In this document: positions 30,195 to 42,825 of the stretch, piece by piece | Numbering within the stretch: the stretch's first letter is position 1 | How the letters are laid out: every line of letters starts with the position of its first letter | Origin: Bacteroidota bacterium | Lineage (GTDB): Bacteria > Bacteroidota > Ignavibacteria > Kapaibacteriales > UBA961 | NCBI GenBank assembly: GCA_018266765.1 | Contig: JAFDZU010000045.1 | Span: 6,134 to 70,133 of the forward strand | Direction of reading: 5' to 3' | DNA length: 64,000 nt | Position numbers and translations under genes: made by a program | The notes under the pieces: model-generated | Databases searched by the model: none | Told to the model about the DNA's origin: nothing | The model's input: the letters and a program-made list of their open reading frames with translations, nothing else

Positions 30195-30881
30195 TTATTC
30201 AGTTGGATTATGAATTTCAAGAATTTCAAGTAATTGTTTAATATCTTTAAGTTCATAATCTGCTTGAGCTTCTTGTGTACCGAATACATCACCGTATCGT
30301 GCAAAAGCAGTAAACATTCCTACATTTTTTGCTCCAACCATGTCTCGTTCTGCCCAGTCACCAATCATTATTGCTTCATGCGCATTCACATCTAACTTAG
30401 ATAAAGCCATTTGGAAAGGTTTCGGACTTGGCTTGCGCTCTCCGGTATCATCGAATGTAACAACAACATCAAAAATATGATGAAAATTCATATAACAGAG
30501 TCGCAACCATGCTTCACGTGCAGGAGCATCCGATACAACTGCAAGTTTGACATTAGATTTAACTAATTTCATAAGTGTTGCCGTTACATGAGGGTAGGGT
30601 TTTAAAGCGGCTTCTCGGGCACGGCGATAAGCAATTATTCCTGCTGATAGAATCCTAAAATCAACATAACCGAATAATTCTTGTAGTAGTTGGTCGAATA
30701 CTTTTTGGTATTCGATACCCTGCTCGTTATAGATTTTATCAATATGAGATTTAATCTGTTCATGCGTAAGTTTCATTCCTGCATCCATCATTGCACCGAT
30801 AGCGGCATCAACTGCTTGGCGTTTCATTGCCATGAAATCAACGAGTGTATTATCAAGATCGAAAATAACTGCACGAATCAT
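30195..30881 (-). CDS. HAD-superfamily hydrolase (phosphoglycolate-phosphatase-like)
   Basis: Motif I VIFDLDNTLVDF, motif II VVSDAP, motif III/IV K..(IMIGDWAERD). Confidence 0.85.
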   Translation of the reverse strand: MIRAVIFDLDNTLVDFMAMKRQAVDAAIGAMMDAGMKLTHEQIKSHIDKIYNEQGIEYQKVFDQLLQELFGYVDFRILSAGIIAYRRAREAALKPYPHVTATLMKLVKSNVKLAVVSDAPAREAWLRLCYMNFHHIFDVVVTFDDTGERKPSPKPFQMALSKLDVNAHEAIMIGDWAERDMVGAKNVGMFTAFARYGDVFGTQEAQADYELKDIKQLLEILEIHNPTE

Positions 30882-31044
30882 AACTAATTCCTAATTAAAT
30901 GTGTTACGTATCTAATTTATCCAAAGTGAAAGTTTTCTGTAAGCAAAAATAGTGAAGAAAATTGGTTTGTACTCTCACTTTTTTGGAGGTAAGAAAATTG
31001 AAGTAGTTGGTGAGTATAAAAGTCAAGAAAGGATGTAATTGATA

Positions 31045-32016
31045 CTATAGCCGTTGAAGCATTTTTTTGGCTCTTGGAACATATTCACTAGTAGGGAAAT
31101 AATCTACTAATTTCTGAAACGCTTTTCTTGCTTCTTCATTTCTTCCAAGTCGTTGGTACGATTCTGCTATCATCAATTGAGAATCATCAAGTTTTGTTGA
31201 ATTTTTGAACGTATTTACTTTTTGAAAATAGAAAATGGCTTGATCAAATTTTCCTGTTCCAAAATTCGATTCTCCGAGCCAATAATATGAATTTGCTAAA
31301 GTTTCAGGATTTTTTTCTGATTTAATAACTTCAGAAAGCAAACCTATCGCCTCGTCATATTGTTTTTTTGAAATCAAATTCATTGCATTATGATAAAGAG
31401 AACCGGATTTTATGGGCTTTGAAGCGGTATCGGTTTTCGTTGATTCTGCCTGTTTTTTGAGTTTCTCATCCGGCTTAATTTCGTCCTCATCTTTTGGTTC
31501 TACTTTTTGGGAAATAGATTTTTTTTGATGAATTTCAATAGGTTTATTATGTTTAATTGGTTGTTTTGGTGATGATTTCATTGGTGTTTTATAAGCAACC
31601 TCATCGGAAACTATTTCATTATTCTCTGTTTTAGCTTTATTTGGAATTCCTGATTTGGCAGTAGATTTTGGCTCGAATGTACCGGAAACACTGTTTTTCA
31701 ATATTTCTACTTCTGTTTTTACAGTAGATAATTCGCGAGCAACTGAATCAATTTTATTGTCAGTTATAGTTTGATGGTCTTCAAACCGTTGCATTTCTTC
31801 TCGTAACGTCAATATTTTTCGTTTGGATGTAGCAGGGGGCTCAATATCTTGTTGAGAAACAACAGCTTGTAATGACGGCATTTCTTGAAGCATCGAAGAA
31901 AGTGGAGGAAGTGGGACATGAGATTCTGCATGTTTTGGAGTTGCACACCCCACCACAACGATTGCAGTTAAAATGCAAATTATCAACCACGTAATAATAA
32001 TTTTTCGTCCAAACAT
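31045..32016 (-). CDS. Tol-Pal-associated YbgF/CpoB-like TPR protein
   Basis: N-terminal membrane anchor, coiled coil, Lys/Glu/Pro-rich linker. C-terminal TPR block ...YYWLGESNFGTGKFDQAIFYFQKV...DYFPTSEYVPRAKKML resembles CpoB. Confidence 0.5.
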   Translation of the reverse strand: MFGRKIIITWLIICILTAIVVVGCATPKHAESHVPLPPLSSMLQEMPSLQAVVSQQDIEPPATSKRKILTLREEMQRFEDHQTITDNKIDSVARELSTVKTEVEILKNSVSGTFEPKSTAKSGIPNKAKTENNEIVSDEVAYKTPMKSSPKQPIKHNKPIEIHQKKSISQKVEPKDEDEIKPDEKLKKQAESTKTDTASKPIKSGSLYHNAMNLISKKQYDEAIGLLSEVIKSEKNPETLANSYYWLGESNFGTGKFDQAIFYFQKVNTFKNSTKLDDSQLMIAESYQRLGRNEEARKAFQKLVDYFPTSEYVPRAKKMLQRL

Positions 32017-32305
32017 AGCAATTCAAGATATGACAAAGAGTTGTTACTGATATGTGAATGGCAATCAATGTGCCAAGTCGGTTTAATTACTTCTTGATGT
32101 GAAAAAATTTACTGTAAAATTTGGTAACAACTTCAATATAAGTGTGGTTACTCATAAAAAGTCAAATTAAGACTTCTTTGTCTATCGGGCTGATTATATA
32201 CTGCTTCTCAATTTCTGTAGAATATTCTCCAATTTATTGTATATTATAATCTGCAAAGTTTGATGGATAATCTCTTTTATCAATAAAGAAATAGTTAACA
32301 ATACA

Positions 32306-34399
32306 ATGCGCATATCCCTAATTTTATTTGTTGTACTCTTCTGTACAAAACTTCTAACAGCTCAAACCAAAGATTTTGATACAAAAGGTACGGATTTTTG
32401 GCTTACGTTTCCTCCTAATATTCATCAAAACGGAGATGATTCATTGTATATTTATATTGCTGCTGATACAATCACTAAAGGTGCAATTTCTTTCCCAGGC
32501 CAGTCAACAAGGACATTTGTTATCACTGATATCAAAAATATTTATACCTATAGAGTAAGCTATAATAATTATGAACTCTTAGACGGAAATTCTTCAGAAA
32601 CAGCATCAAATCGTACTTTTCATATCACAACCGATAATCAAGTTACGGTGTACGGTCTTAGTAAAGCAGATAAAACAAGTGATGCTTTTTTAGTTTTGCC
32701 TACGGATGTTTTGGGACTTGATTATTATGTTATGTCCTATAATTCTGATAATAAGGGCGATCCTATAACTCCATCTCAATTCGCGATTATTGCCACGCAA
32801 GATGCAACAAAAGTTACTATAACTTTATCAACGAATCGAACATCTAAAACTAACCTAAAAACTATTACGACAACCCTTCAAAAAGGTCAGTCTTATTTAG
32901 TACAAGCAAATAGTTCATCTAATGATGATTTGACCAGCTCGCATATCTCATCCAATAAACCAATTGCGGTTGTTGGATCTCAACAACGAGCGGCTATCCC
33001 ATATACAAATACTTCGGCTGCCAGAGATTTTTTGATTGAACAAATGATTCCAGTCACGACGTGGGGCTATGATGCCTTTCTTGTTCCATTCCCAGAACCA
33101 ACTACAGGTACAGGTAATACAAATAATGATATTTATCGAATAATTGCGGCACGAGATAACACACAAATAACATTGAACGGTATTAATCTAACTACTCTTA
33201 AAGCCGGACAAATGTATCAAGGAATTCTTACTCAAGCGGCTGCAATTTCTTCTTCAGAGCCAATTATGGTTGCATTATTTAAAAAATCAACAAACAGTTT
33301 CGGAAATTTTAGTTCAAGAGATAGCGATCCTTTTATGATGCTTGTTCCACCTGCCGAGCAGTTCTTAAAGTCATATAAATGGATAAATTCTCAAGCTTAT
33401 ATAACTAACGGATGGCAAACAACTACAGTTTATAAAGAGCAGTTTGTTATAGTTGTTGCCCCAAATTCTGCAATCCAGTCAATACGCCTCGATAATAAAG
33501 TAACTTCAGTGAAATTCACAGCAATTCCAACTTCATCATACTCTTATGCAACTATTTCTGTAACAGACGGTGTACACTCTATTTCGGCAAATGAAGGGAT
33601 AGGAATTTACGTTTTTGGATATGGCCCCGCTGATTCTTACGGTTACATTGGAGGAATGAACATGATTAACACAGCATATATTACTTCAACTGTTAAACCA
33701 CTTGATATTACGGCTTCACCGGGCGAAGTTGTGAATCTCCCACTTATTTTAGATTCAGTAAAAGCAAAGCCAACAATACAATCAGCAGGAGTTGACCATT
33801 TTACTGCCAAACTTCGCTTTAATGCTACACTTCTGACCTCACTTGAAGAATCGCAACGAGGAATAATAGAAAATGGAATTCAAACTATTACAGTAACAGG
33901 CAGTTATACCGGACAAACTAAAGGTGATACACTTGCTGTAGTTCCACTTGTCGCGGGACTTGGCGATTCTGAATCAACACCAATTGATATGCTCGAATTC
34001 CATTGGTTCGGCATTGCAGGAGATACAATTGCCTCAACAAATGGACTCAAATCTGCAGTTTTTACACTCAAGGATGTATTTAATCATCCCAAAGACGGAA
34101 AACGACTCATCAACCCCCAAGAAGGTTCAATTTCACTTAGTATCGAACCAAATCCATCTTCAACTTTGCCGGTTTCAATTAATGTTGGTGGAGATATTTC
34201 AGCAAATGCAACGCTTATTATCTATAATTCAATCGGTAGACAAATAGTTGATATTTCTAATCAACTTCGGACTGCTTTTACTGGAGCAAATCCTACTACT
34301 TCATTTCAATTTACCCAACCAAATCTCCCCAAAGGATTATATTTTGTTCGGCTTGCATCGGACATAAATAGTATTGTGCGTCCATTTGTATTTGAATAG
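32306..34399 (+). CDS. Large secreted protein with T9SS C-terminal sorting domain
   Basis: Signal peptide. 697 aa, Thr/Ser/Asn-rich beta-type sequence. C-terminus IEPNPSS...LIIYNSIGRQIVD...LPKGLYFVRLASDINSIVRPFVFE matches the Por_Secre_tail pattern. Confidence 0.7.
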   Translation: MRISLILFVVLFCTKLLTAQTKDFDTKGTDFWLTFPPNIHQNGDDSLYIYIAADTITKGAISFPGQSTRTFVITDIKNIYTYRVSYNNYELLDGNSSETASNRTFHITTDNQVTVYGLSKADKTSDAFLVLPTDVLGLDYYVMSYNSDNKGDPITPSQFAIIATQDATKVTITLSTNRTSKTNLKTITTTLQKGQSYLVQANSSSNDDLTSSHISSNKPIAVVGSQQRAAIPYTNTSAARDFLIEQMIPVTTWGYDAFLVPFPEPTTGTGNTNNDIYRIIAARDNTQITLNGINLTTLKAGQMYQGILTQAAAISSSEPIMVALFKKSTNSFGNFSSRDSDPFMMLVPPAEQFLKSYKWINSQAYITNGWQTTTVYKEQFVIVVAPNSAIQSIRLDNKVTSVKFTAIPTSSYSYATISVTDGVHSISANEGIGIYVFGYGPADSYGYIGGMNMINTAYITSTVKPLDITASPGEVVNLPLILDSVKAKPTIQSAGVDHFTAKLRFNATLLTSLEESQRGIIENGIQTITVTGSYTGQTKGDTLAVVPLVAGLGDSESTPIDMLEFHWFGIAGDTIASTNGLKSAVFTLKDVFNHPKDGKRLINPQEGSISLSIEPNPSSTLPVSINVGGDISANATLIIYNSIGRQIVDISNQLRTAFTGANPTTSFQFTQPNLPKGLYFVRLASDINSIVRPFVFE

Positions 34400-34554
34400 A
34401 ATCAATTTTTTAGCTTGTTTTTAAGCTTACTATCAATTTTTAGTAAAAATGTGTTTTAGTAAAATATTTCTTTTAAGAGTGTTGTTTTAAGTTTGCAATA
34501 AATCTAATTCCCGACCGTAAAAGCCAGTAAGTTTTTGTTTCAAAGGAGATTTTC

Positions 34555-36357
34555 ATGGCTTTGCGTTTTTTAATAGTTGGGCTGATTTTCATCGGATTGA
34601 CATCCTACATTTATGCACAGCAACCTCTTTCTAAAGTAGGCGATAAATTCAAACTCGCACAATCGTATGAACAGAATGGTGATTACCGTAATGCCGCACG
34701 CGTTTATCAAGAACTGTATGCAAATTCTCCTACCGACCAAAATTTCCAAGGTGTTGTGCGCTCACTTATGGGATTACAACAATATTCATCACTTCAGCCG
34801 CTTGTAGATGAACGCCTTAAAAAATTCCCTTCTCTCGAACTCTACTGTCTCGAGGCACAATTATTCTGGCGAATTGGTAAAACTTCAGATGCAGAAAAGT
34901 CTTGGGAAACTGCAATTTCAATGGCAACAAAAAATCCTTTTGATTTTCAATACATTGCTTCATCTCAAACTGCACTTCGTCTTTCTGAAAAAGCAATTAC
35001 AACACTTCTTTACGGTCGAAAACAACTTGATCGGCCTACTGTATATGCAGATGAATTATCACAACTATACGCCGCAACTGGTAACTATGAAAAAGGAATA
35101 AGTGAAGTAATGACAATTTTCAATGCTTCAAAAAATACAGCTCTTGCTCAAGGGCGACTCTCTGCGCTTATGGCTACTCCAAAGGGAAAAGAATTTGTAG
35201 GTTTAGCGTTAGAAAACGCCGCTAGTTCGGGTGATTATGCTACTCAAAAACTCTACTTGTGGTTCTTGCGAGAATCGAAAAACTACAACCGTGCTCTCGA
35301 AGTTTCTGAAAAAATTGACAGGACAAACTCCTTGCAAGGTCGTGAACTCCTTGAATTTGCAGAAATTACTTCGCGAGATAATCAATATGATATTTCTCTT
35401 AAAGCATTTGGGATTGTTATTGATCGAGGTAAGAACACACCCAATTTTCTTCCTGCAATGTATGGCTATGCCCGCACTTTGGACAATCGTCTTCAAAGTT
35501 CAAATAAACTCTCAGAGACTGATATTAATGGAGTTATAGACCGTTACCGCACAATCATAGCTCAATTTCCGAATAACCAAATGTCTGCTGATTGTCAGTA
35601 TCATATTGGTGTTTTAGCGTTTGAGCGATTAAATGACTTTTCACTTGCTGAAAAAGAATTGAAGAGATTAATCCAGAATTTTAAAGGGTTTCCGATAGTT
35701 GCATCGGGAATGGTGAAACTTGGCGAACTCTATGTTATGCAGGATAAAACAGAAGAAGCTGAAAAAATATTTGCGCAAACTGTTCGAGATTATACTAATA
35801 CAAACCTCAGCCAAGCAGATAAAGCGGCTTTCTTACTTGCTGAATTGGAATATTATCGTGGGGCAATAGATTCTGCAAAAGAACATTATATGGTACTCGC
35901 GGCACGTACAGATGCCGATGTCGCAAATGATGCTTTAGAAAGACTTACTCTTATTGACCAAAATAAAAATACTTTGGACACTTTAAAAGCGTTTGCCGCC
36001 GCCGAATTTAAAGAACGTCAACATAAAGATAATGAAGCAGTTACTTTGTTTAAGCAAGTAGTTGATTTAGCCCCTGAGTCTGACCTTGCAGAGCAGAGTT
36101 TGCTTCGATGTGCTGTTATTAATTCTCAGCGAGGTCAATTTTCGTCTGAACGAGAATTTTTAACAACTCTTCTCACTAAATATCCCGATACTATTTATGG
36201 TGACAAAGCTCTGCTGAGTATGGGAGATTCTTATGCCCAAGAAGGAAATAAATTAGCGGCTATCCAAGCTTTAACCGATCTGTTAGCCAAGTATCCTCGT
36301 TCAATTCACCTGAATGAAGCCCGCGAGAAAATCCGCAAATTACGTGGGGATGTGTAG
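34555..36357 (+). CDS. TPR-repeat protein with signal peptide
   Basis: Signal peptide MALRFLIVGLIFIGLTSYIYAQ. Multiple TPR-like Y/A/L periodicities over 600 aa. Confidence 0.6.
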   Translation: MALRFLIVGLIFIGLTSYIYAQQPLSKVGDKFKLAQSYEQNGDYRNAARVYQELYANSPTDQNFQGVVRSLMGLQQYSSLQPLVDERLKKFPSLELYCLEAQLFWRIGKTSDAEKSWETAISMATKNPFDFQYIASSQTALRLSEKAITTLLYGRKQLDRPTVYADELSQLYAATGNYEKGISEVMTIFNASKNTALAQGRLSALMATPKGKEFVGLALENAASSGDYATQKLYLWFLRESKNYNRALEVSEKIDRTNSLQGRELLEFAEITSRDNQYDISLKAFGIVIDRGKNTPNFLPAMYGYARTLDNRLQSSNKLSETDINGVIDRYRTIIAQFPNNQMSADCQYHIGVLAFERLNDFSLAEKELKRLIQNFKGFPIVASGMVKLGELYVMQDKTEEAEKIFAQTVRDYTNTNLSQADKAAFLLAELEYYRGAIDSAKEHYMVLAARTDADVANDALERLTLIDQNKNTLDTLKAFAAAEFKERQHKDNEAVTLFKQVVDLAPESDLAEQSLLRCAVINSQRGQFSSEREFLTTLLTKYPDTIYGDKALLSMGDSYAQEGNKLAAIQALTDLLAKYPRSIHLNEAREKIRKLRGDV

Positions 36358-36484
36358 TATTACTTAAGTACTGAAAATTACATATTAATCTGTAATTGAT
36401 TGAAAAATCTTTAATTACGAGTTTATTGATTTAAATTATATATGGTAAATATCACCTGTGCCCTTACTATTAACAAATTTTTAC

Positions 36485-36513
36485 TTGACTTTTTCACTTA
36501 TGATGTATTAATT
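36485..36513 (+). promoter_or_regulatory. Sigma-70-type promoter of the groESL operon (TTGACT-N15/17-TATTAAT)
   Basis: TTGACT at 36485-36490 and an A/T-rich -10-like hexamer window at 36506-36513. Immediately upstream of CIRCE. Confidence 0.5.
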
Positions 36514-36524
36514 TTGTAAAAATA

Positions 36525-36551
36525 TTAGCACTCTGCAATAGAGAGTGCTAA
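36525..36551 (+). promoter_or_regulatory. CIRCE operator (HrcA binding site)
   Basis: TTAGCACTC-tgcaataga-GAGTGCTAA is a perfect match to consensus TTAGCACTC-N9-GAGTGCTAA. Lies 80 nt upstream of groES. Confidence 0.95.
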
Positions 36552-36630
36552 CGTACGTTAATAACGTATCAAATTTATTACATTACTGTATTAATTATTC
36601 ATTTTATTTATCAATTATAGGAGTATTACA

Positions 36631-36921
36631 ATGACTGTAACCCCATTACACGACCGCGTACTTGTACGTCCGGCACAACCTGAATCTGTTACCGCAGGTG
36701 GAATTATTATCCCAGACACAGCCCAAGAAAAATCTATGCGCGGTGAAATTGTTTCTGCAGGACCAGGTAAAACAACTGAAGACGGAAAAGTTATCAATCT
36801 TCAAGTAAAAGTCGGAGATATAGTACTTTATGGTAAATATGCCGGTTCGGAAATCAGCGTAAACGGCGAAGACTTGCTTTTGATGCGTGAGAGCGACATC
36901 CTTGCAACTGTTGCGATGTAA
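36631..36921 (+). CDS. groES: Co-chaperonin GroES
   Basis: [10 protein letters not shown]...[14 protein letters not shown]...GEIVSAGPG...[11 protein letters not shown]. 96 aa. AGGAG Shine-Dalgarno motif upstream. Confidence 0.97.
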   Translation: MTVTPLHDRVLVRPAQPESVTAGGIIIPDTAQEKSMRGEIVSAGPGKTTEDGKVINLQVKVGDIVLYGKYAGSEISVNGEDLLLMRESDILATVAM

Positions 36922-37041
36922 ATCATCAATATTGAGAATTGGTAATGATAGCTCAATTGAGTTTATTCCATTGTAAAGCTATCAACCAACAATTATAAAT
37001 TTAAATTTTATTCTACTTATTTTTTTCAGGAGAAAACTATT

Positions 37042-38676
<1,635 letters not shown>

Positions 38677-38702
38677 TCCAAACGTACCGTAACAAAATAT
38701 AA

Positions 38703-38742
38703 AATCCCGCTTTGGAGAAAATCCGAAGCGGGATTTTTATTA
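38703..38742 (+). terminator. Rho-independent terminator of groESL
   Basis: AATCCCGCTT-(13-nt loop)-AAGCGGGATT followed by TTTTATT. Confidence 0.8.
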
Positions 38743-39027
38743 TATAAGTATTTTGTAAATTTAAAACATAGAATATTATAAGCATTTTTTTGTTGATTTT
38801 AACTTCCGGTTTAGCTTCAAATAGAAACTTTTCTTCAGAATCCAAGTATATCATCAAAATTAAAATCAAAAAGCAATAAAACAGGTATTGAGCACTTAAT
38901 ATAATCCTTAACCTTTGCTTAACATTAATTAGGATTTATTCTGTAAAATAGGGTAGTATCTTTGTAAAATAAATCCTTGATTTAGTTTGATTTCCCCATC
39001 TTAATCTATTTCTGTAAGCTTTAATTT

Positions 39028-41325
39028 ATGAAACATTTAATTCTAATTTGTATCGTAGTATTCACTACATTGTTTTCAATAGAACTTTCTGCAAAAGATG
39101 ATGAATCCATTCAAACAGTAAAGCCGTTTACTGCTAACCGTAAACCAACACTCACAATACCTCGATTTAAAGAAGGTTCTATTATAATAGATGGAAATTT
39201 AGACGAACCAATGTGGAAACAAGCTGTAAGTGCAAGTAATTTTTGTGAGATACGACCTGGTGATAATACTTGCCCACCTGTCGGAACAGAAACATTAATA
39301 GGGTATGACGATAAATATTTATACTTGGCATTTATTGCAAACGATAATCCGGCTGATATACGCGTTTCGTTGCAAGATCGTGACAGAATTTTCAGAGATG
39401 ATTTTATTGGAATTATCCTTGATACATATCAATCATCATCGTGGGCGTACGAACTATTTGTAAACCCAATTGGAATTCAAGGAGATTTACGGTGGACAAA
39501 TGGAGGTGATGAAGATGAATCTTTAGATATTCTTTTTGATTCTAAAGGTATAATCACCGAAAGTGGTTATCAAGTAGAAATTGCCATACCGTTCAGTAGT
39601 TTGCGATTTCCTGATAAGCCGATTCAATCATGGGATTTTACAATTCTTCGGATTCAACCCAGAGAAACTCGTCGGCAAATTTCATGGACTGAAACAAATC
39701 GAGATAATTCTTGCTGGCCATGTCAATTTGGTACTATGACAGGAATTTCCAATATTCATTCGGGGTCTTCGCTACAACTTCTTCCTTCGCTTGTCGGTTC
39801 ACAATCAAGCAGTCTTACTAATTCCGGTAATCCAAATTCAGGAATTCAGAATAATCCGCTAAAAGGTGAATTTGGGTTGAGTATTCGATATCCATTTAGC
39901 TCTAATTTATCTGCTGAAGCTGCTTTCAATCCTGATTTTAGCCAAGTGGAATCTGATCAAGCTCTTATTGATGTAAATTCAACATTCAGTTTATTCTATC
40001 CCGAACGCCGCCCTTTTTTTAGTGAAGGAGCTGATTTATATCAAACATGGATTAATGCTGTTTATTCTCGTTCGATAAATAATCCGATTGCGGCAGTTAA
40101 ACTAACTGGTGGCTCTGGTCATACAAATTTTGGGGTACTGTCTGCTGTGGATGAAGAAACGGCTGTCATCGTACCACTTGAAGAGAGAAGTCTTTACGGT
40201 TCAGCCGGAAAAAGTATAACGAATATTGCTCGACTCCGACATTCATTTACGGATGGCTCAAATCTTGGAGCTATAGTTACCGATAGGCATTATGATGGTG
40301 GTGGTTTTAGTGTAAACGGTGGAATTGACGGAATGTATCGCTTTTGGGATAATATGCAATTAGAGGGGCAATTTTTGGTAAGCTCTACTCAAGAAGGAAA
40401 CTTGCCGTTAGTTTTTTCGAGTACTCAAACATTTGATAAAGGAAAATTCACAGCAAACTTGGATGGTGAAAAATTTAGTGGATTTGCCTCGTATTTGGGG
40501 CTAAAGAGATACGGACGTAATTTTACAATTGAACTTACTTCATGGCAGATGAGTTCCGGCTTTCGTGCTGAAACAGGATTTGAACCAAGAGCTAATCAAC
40601 GAAAAACAACTATTTGGACTGCTTATAAATTCTATCCAAACGGTCAAATAGTCGAGAATTGGCAACCCGGTTTCCGTGGAGGAAGAATATGGAATTTTGA
40701 TGGAACTATCAAAGATGGATGGATAGATCCAATGCTCAATGTGCAATTAAGCGGGCAAACATCACTACGGTTTGATTATCTGATGAGTGCTGAGTTTTTT
40801 CGTTCAACGTATTTTGATGGAATTAAAAGATTCTCAGGAAGTATCAATACTCAATTTAGTGAACTTTTTCAAGGTGAATTGTATTTCACAGTAGGAAGAA
40901 GCATTGCTCGAAATACTGAAGTTCCCGTGCTTGGAAAAGTACTTTCGGGAGGAGGCAGTTTTACACTAAAACCGCTTGACAGATTAAATATTCAACAGAG
41001 TATAGATTTTTCTCAATTAGATTATCCAACAGGTGAAAATATTTTTAAGGGAGCTGTATTACGAACACGACTCAATTATCAGCATTCTCGAGAATTATCT
41101 GTTCGTATCGTGGTGCAATATGATAGTTTTAGTCATGATTTGAGATTTGAGCCCCTTATTTCTTATAAGCTAAATCCATTTTCAATATTTTATATTGGCT
41201 CGACAAATCGTTGGCATAATTTCTACGAAGAGCATGTGCCCGGAAGTAACGAGTATTTTGATGATGCTCTGCATCAATCTTCGAGGTCATATTTTTTTAA
41301 GTTGCAGTATCTTTTTCAAGTTTAA
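39028..41325 (+). CDS. CBM9-like/DUF5916 family secreted outer-membrane-associated protein
   Basis: Signal peptide. IIIDGNLDEPMWKQA...YDDKYLYLAFIANDNP...RDDFIGIILDTYQSSSWAYELFVNPIGIQGD matches the family N-terminal block. 765 aa. Confidence 0.6.
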   Translation: MKHLILICIVVFTTLFSIELSAKDDESIQTVKPFTANRKPTLTIPRFKEGSIIIDGNLDEPMWKQAVSASNFCEIRPGDNTCPPVGTETLIGYDDKYLYLAFIANDNPADIRVSLQDRDRIFRDDFIGIILDTYQSSSWAYELFVNPIGIQGDLRWTNGGDEDESLDILFDSKGIITESGYQVEIAIPFSSLRFPDKPIQSWDFTILRIQPRETRRQISWTETNRDNSCWPCQFGTMTGISNIHSGSSLQLLPSLVGSQSSSLTNSGNPNSGIQNNPLKGEFGLSIRYPFSSNLSAEAAFNPDFSQVESDQALIDVNSTFSLFYPERRPFFSEGADLYQTWINAVYSRSINNPIAAVKLTGGSGHTNFGVLSAVDEETAVIVPLEERSLYGSAGKSITNIARLRHSFTDGSNLGAIVTDRHYDGGGFSVNGGIDGMYRFWDNMQLEGQFLVSSTQEGNLPLVFSSTQTFDKGKFTANLDGEKFSGFASYLGLKRYGRNFTIELTSWQMSSGFRAETGFEPRANQRKTTIWTAYKFYPNGQIVENWQPGFRGGRIWNFDGTIKDGWIDPMLNVQLSGQTSLRFDYLMSAEFFRSTYFDGIKRFSGSINTQFSELFQGELYFTVGRSIARNTEVPVLGKVLSGGGSFTLKPLDRLNIQQSIDFSQLDYPTGENIFKGAVLRTRLNYQHSRELSVRIVVQYDSFSHDLRFEPLISYKLNPFSIFYIGSTNRWHNFYEEHVPGSNEYFDDALHQSSRSYFFKLQYLFQV

Positions 41326-41487
41326 ACGTGTGAATAAACTCAAATTGGTATTTCTTTCAACTGGAAGTAGAATATTGAGTTAATATTATTATAATTATAT
41401 TTTTCGATATTTACTAAAAACATTGCATTATCGTCTAACAATGACAAAATACTGTTATGTTTTTAGTTTATAATTTATAATATCGAA

Positions 41488-42099
41488 ATGACCATTAAAG
41501 AAAATCTGTTTGAGCCACTCCTCAATAAAAAAGTTTACGAATCCGGACAAATCAAATCGTTTCCTGCTGATACAGTAATCCTTAATATTAACTCCTATAT
41601 CCAATCAATTCCAATTGTGCTTTCGGGTAGTATCAGAGTCATCCGAACCGACGAAGAGGGTAGAGAAATTTTGCTGTATTATATCAAACCCGGCGAAAGT
41701 TGCATCATGTCTTTTTTGGGTGGAATTCATAATGATACCAGCAAAATAAAGGCAATTGTAGAGGAAGATGTCGAGTTGCTTTTAATTCCTGTCAATAAAG
41801 CAAGTGAATGGATAAAAGAATTCCCTGAATGGACTGACTTTATTTTTAATTTATATCAAAAACGTTTTGAAGAACTTCTCGAAGTTGTGAATGCAGTTGC
41901 TTTTCAGAAGCTAGATGTTCGCCTGCTTCATCTACTCAATCAAAAATCCTCGTTATATCACACCAAAGAAATAGCAATCACTCATCACCAACTTGCCGAT
42001 GAACTCGGTGTTTCCCGCGAAACCATCAGTAGAATATTAAAACAAATGGAAAATGAAAAATTAATTTCACTATCCCGAAATAAAATTTCGCTTATGTGA
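41488..42099 (+). CDS. Crp/Fnr-family transcriptional regulator
   Basis: cNMP-binding-like beta-roll, then C-terminal HTH ELGVSRETISRILKQME. 203 aa. Confidence 0.85.
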   Translation: MTIKENLFEPLLNKKVYESGQIKSFPADTVILNINSYIQSIPIVLSGSIRVIRTDEEGREILLYYIKPGESCIMSFLGGIHNDTSKIKAIVEEDVELLLIPVNKASEWIKEFPEWTDFIFNLYQKRFEELLEVVNAVAFQKLDVRLLHLLNQKSSLYHTKEIAITHHQLADELGVSRETISRILKQMENEKLISLSRNKISLM

Positions 42100-42233
42100 C
42101 TTATATCACGTAAAGGGGATTTTAGTAGTTGTAATTTTGTAGTAAGAGTAATCAATAAGTGCACGAATTCAGATGATAAAACAATGCTTATGGGGTTATA
42201 CTCTTATTTTTATACAACTAATTTTCTAATATC

Positions 42234-42440
42234 ATGAAAACAAACGTAGGAACAGTTGATAAAGTAGTGAGAATACTTATCGCTTTTGTAATGGCAGGTT
42301 TATACTTTACAGACCAAGTTTCGGGAGTTGTTGCAATTATACTTCTAATACTTGCTGTAACAATGATATTGACAAGTTTTATGAGTTTCTGTCCTTTATA
42401 CTTGCCTTTTGGTTTTTCCACCAGAAAAAAAGAAAAGTAA
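42234..42440 (+). CDS. DUF2892 (YgaP-like) small membrane protein
   Basis: MKTNVGTVDKVVRILIAFVMAGLYF...FMSFCPLYLPFG matches the DUF2892 pattern, including the conserved C-terminal Cys-Pro. Confidence 0.7.
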   Translation: MKTNVGTVDKVVRILIAFVMAGLYFTDQVSGVVAIILLILAVTMILTSFMSFCPLYLPFGFSTRKKEK

Positions 42441-42441
42441 A

Positions 42442-42810
42442 ATGGAACTTCAGAGTACAGTTATAATAGCTTTAATTGGTATTGCCGCAGGACTTCTAAG
42501 CGGTATGCTTGGTTTAGGTGGAGCAATAATTATTATCCCTGCTCTTGTAATGTTTCTTGGTTATTCTCAACAAATGGCTCAGGGTACAACACTATTAATG
42601 CTCGCAATGCCTGTAGGATCACTTGCGGCTTATCAGTATTATAAAGCAGGTCATGCTGATATTAAAACAGCATTAATTCTTGGAGTGGCATTTTTTATAA
42701 GCGCATTCGTAAGTGCTAAATTCGTAACTAATATACCGGATAATATTTTGAAAAAAGTATTTTCGGTTGTCCTTGTTGCTATAGCACTTAAAATGTGGTT
42801 TCAAAAGTAA
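42442..42810 (+). CDS. TauE/SafE-family (sulfite-exporter-like) membrane protein, half-size
   Basis: 4 TM helices with GxLSGMLGLGGAIIIIPALV motif. Start placed at ATG 42442, just after the upstream stop. Confidence 0.6.
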   Translation: MELQSTVIIALIGIAAGLLSGMLGLGGAIIIIPALVMFLGYSQQMAQGTTLLMLAMPVGSLAAYQYYKAGHADIKTALILGVAFFISAFVSAKFVTNIPDNILKKVFSVVLVAIALKMWFQK

Positions 42811-42825
42811 TTATACGAATATATT

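Noticed and set aside
36922-37041. Second CIRCE element between groES and groEL
   Set aside because: No TTAGCACTC/GAGTGCTAA half-sites are present in the 120-nt spacer. Only a Shine-Dalgarno-like AGGAGA.
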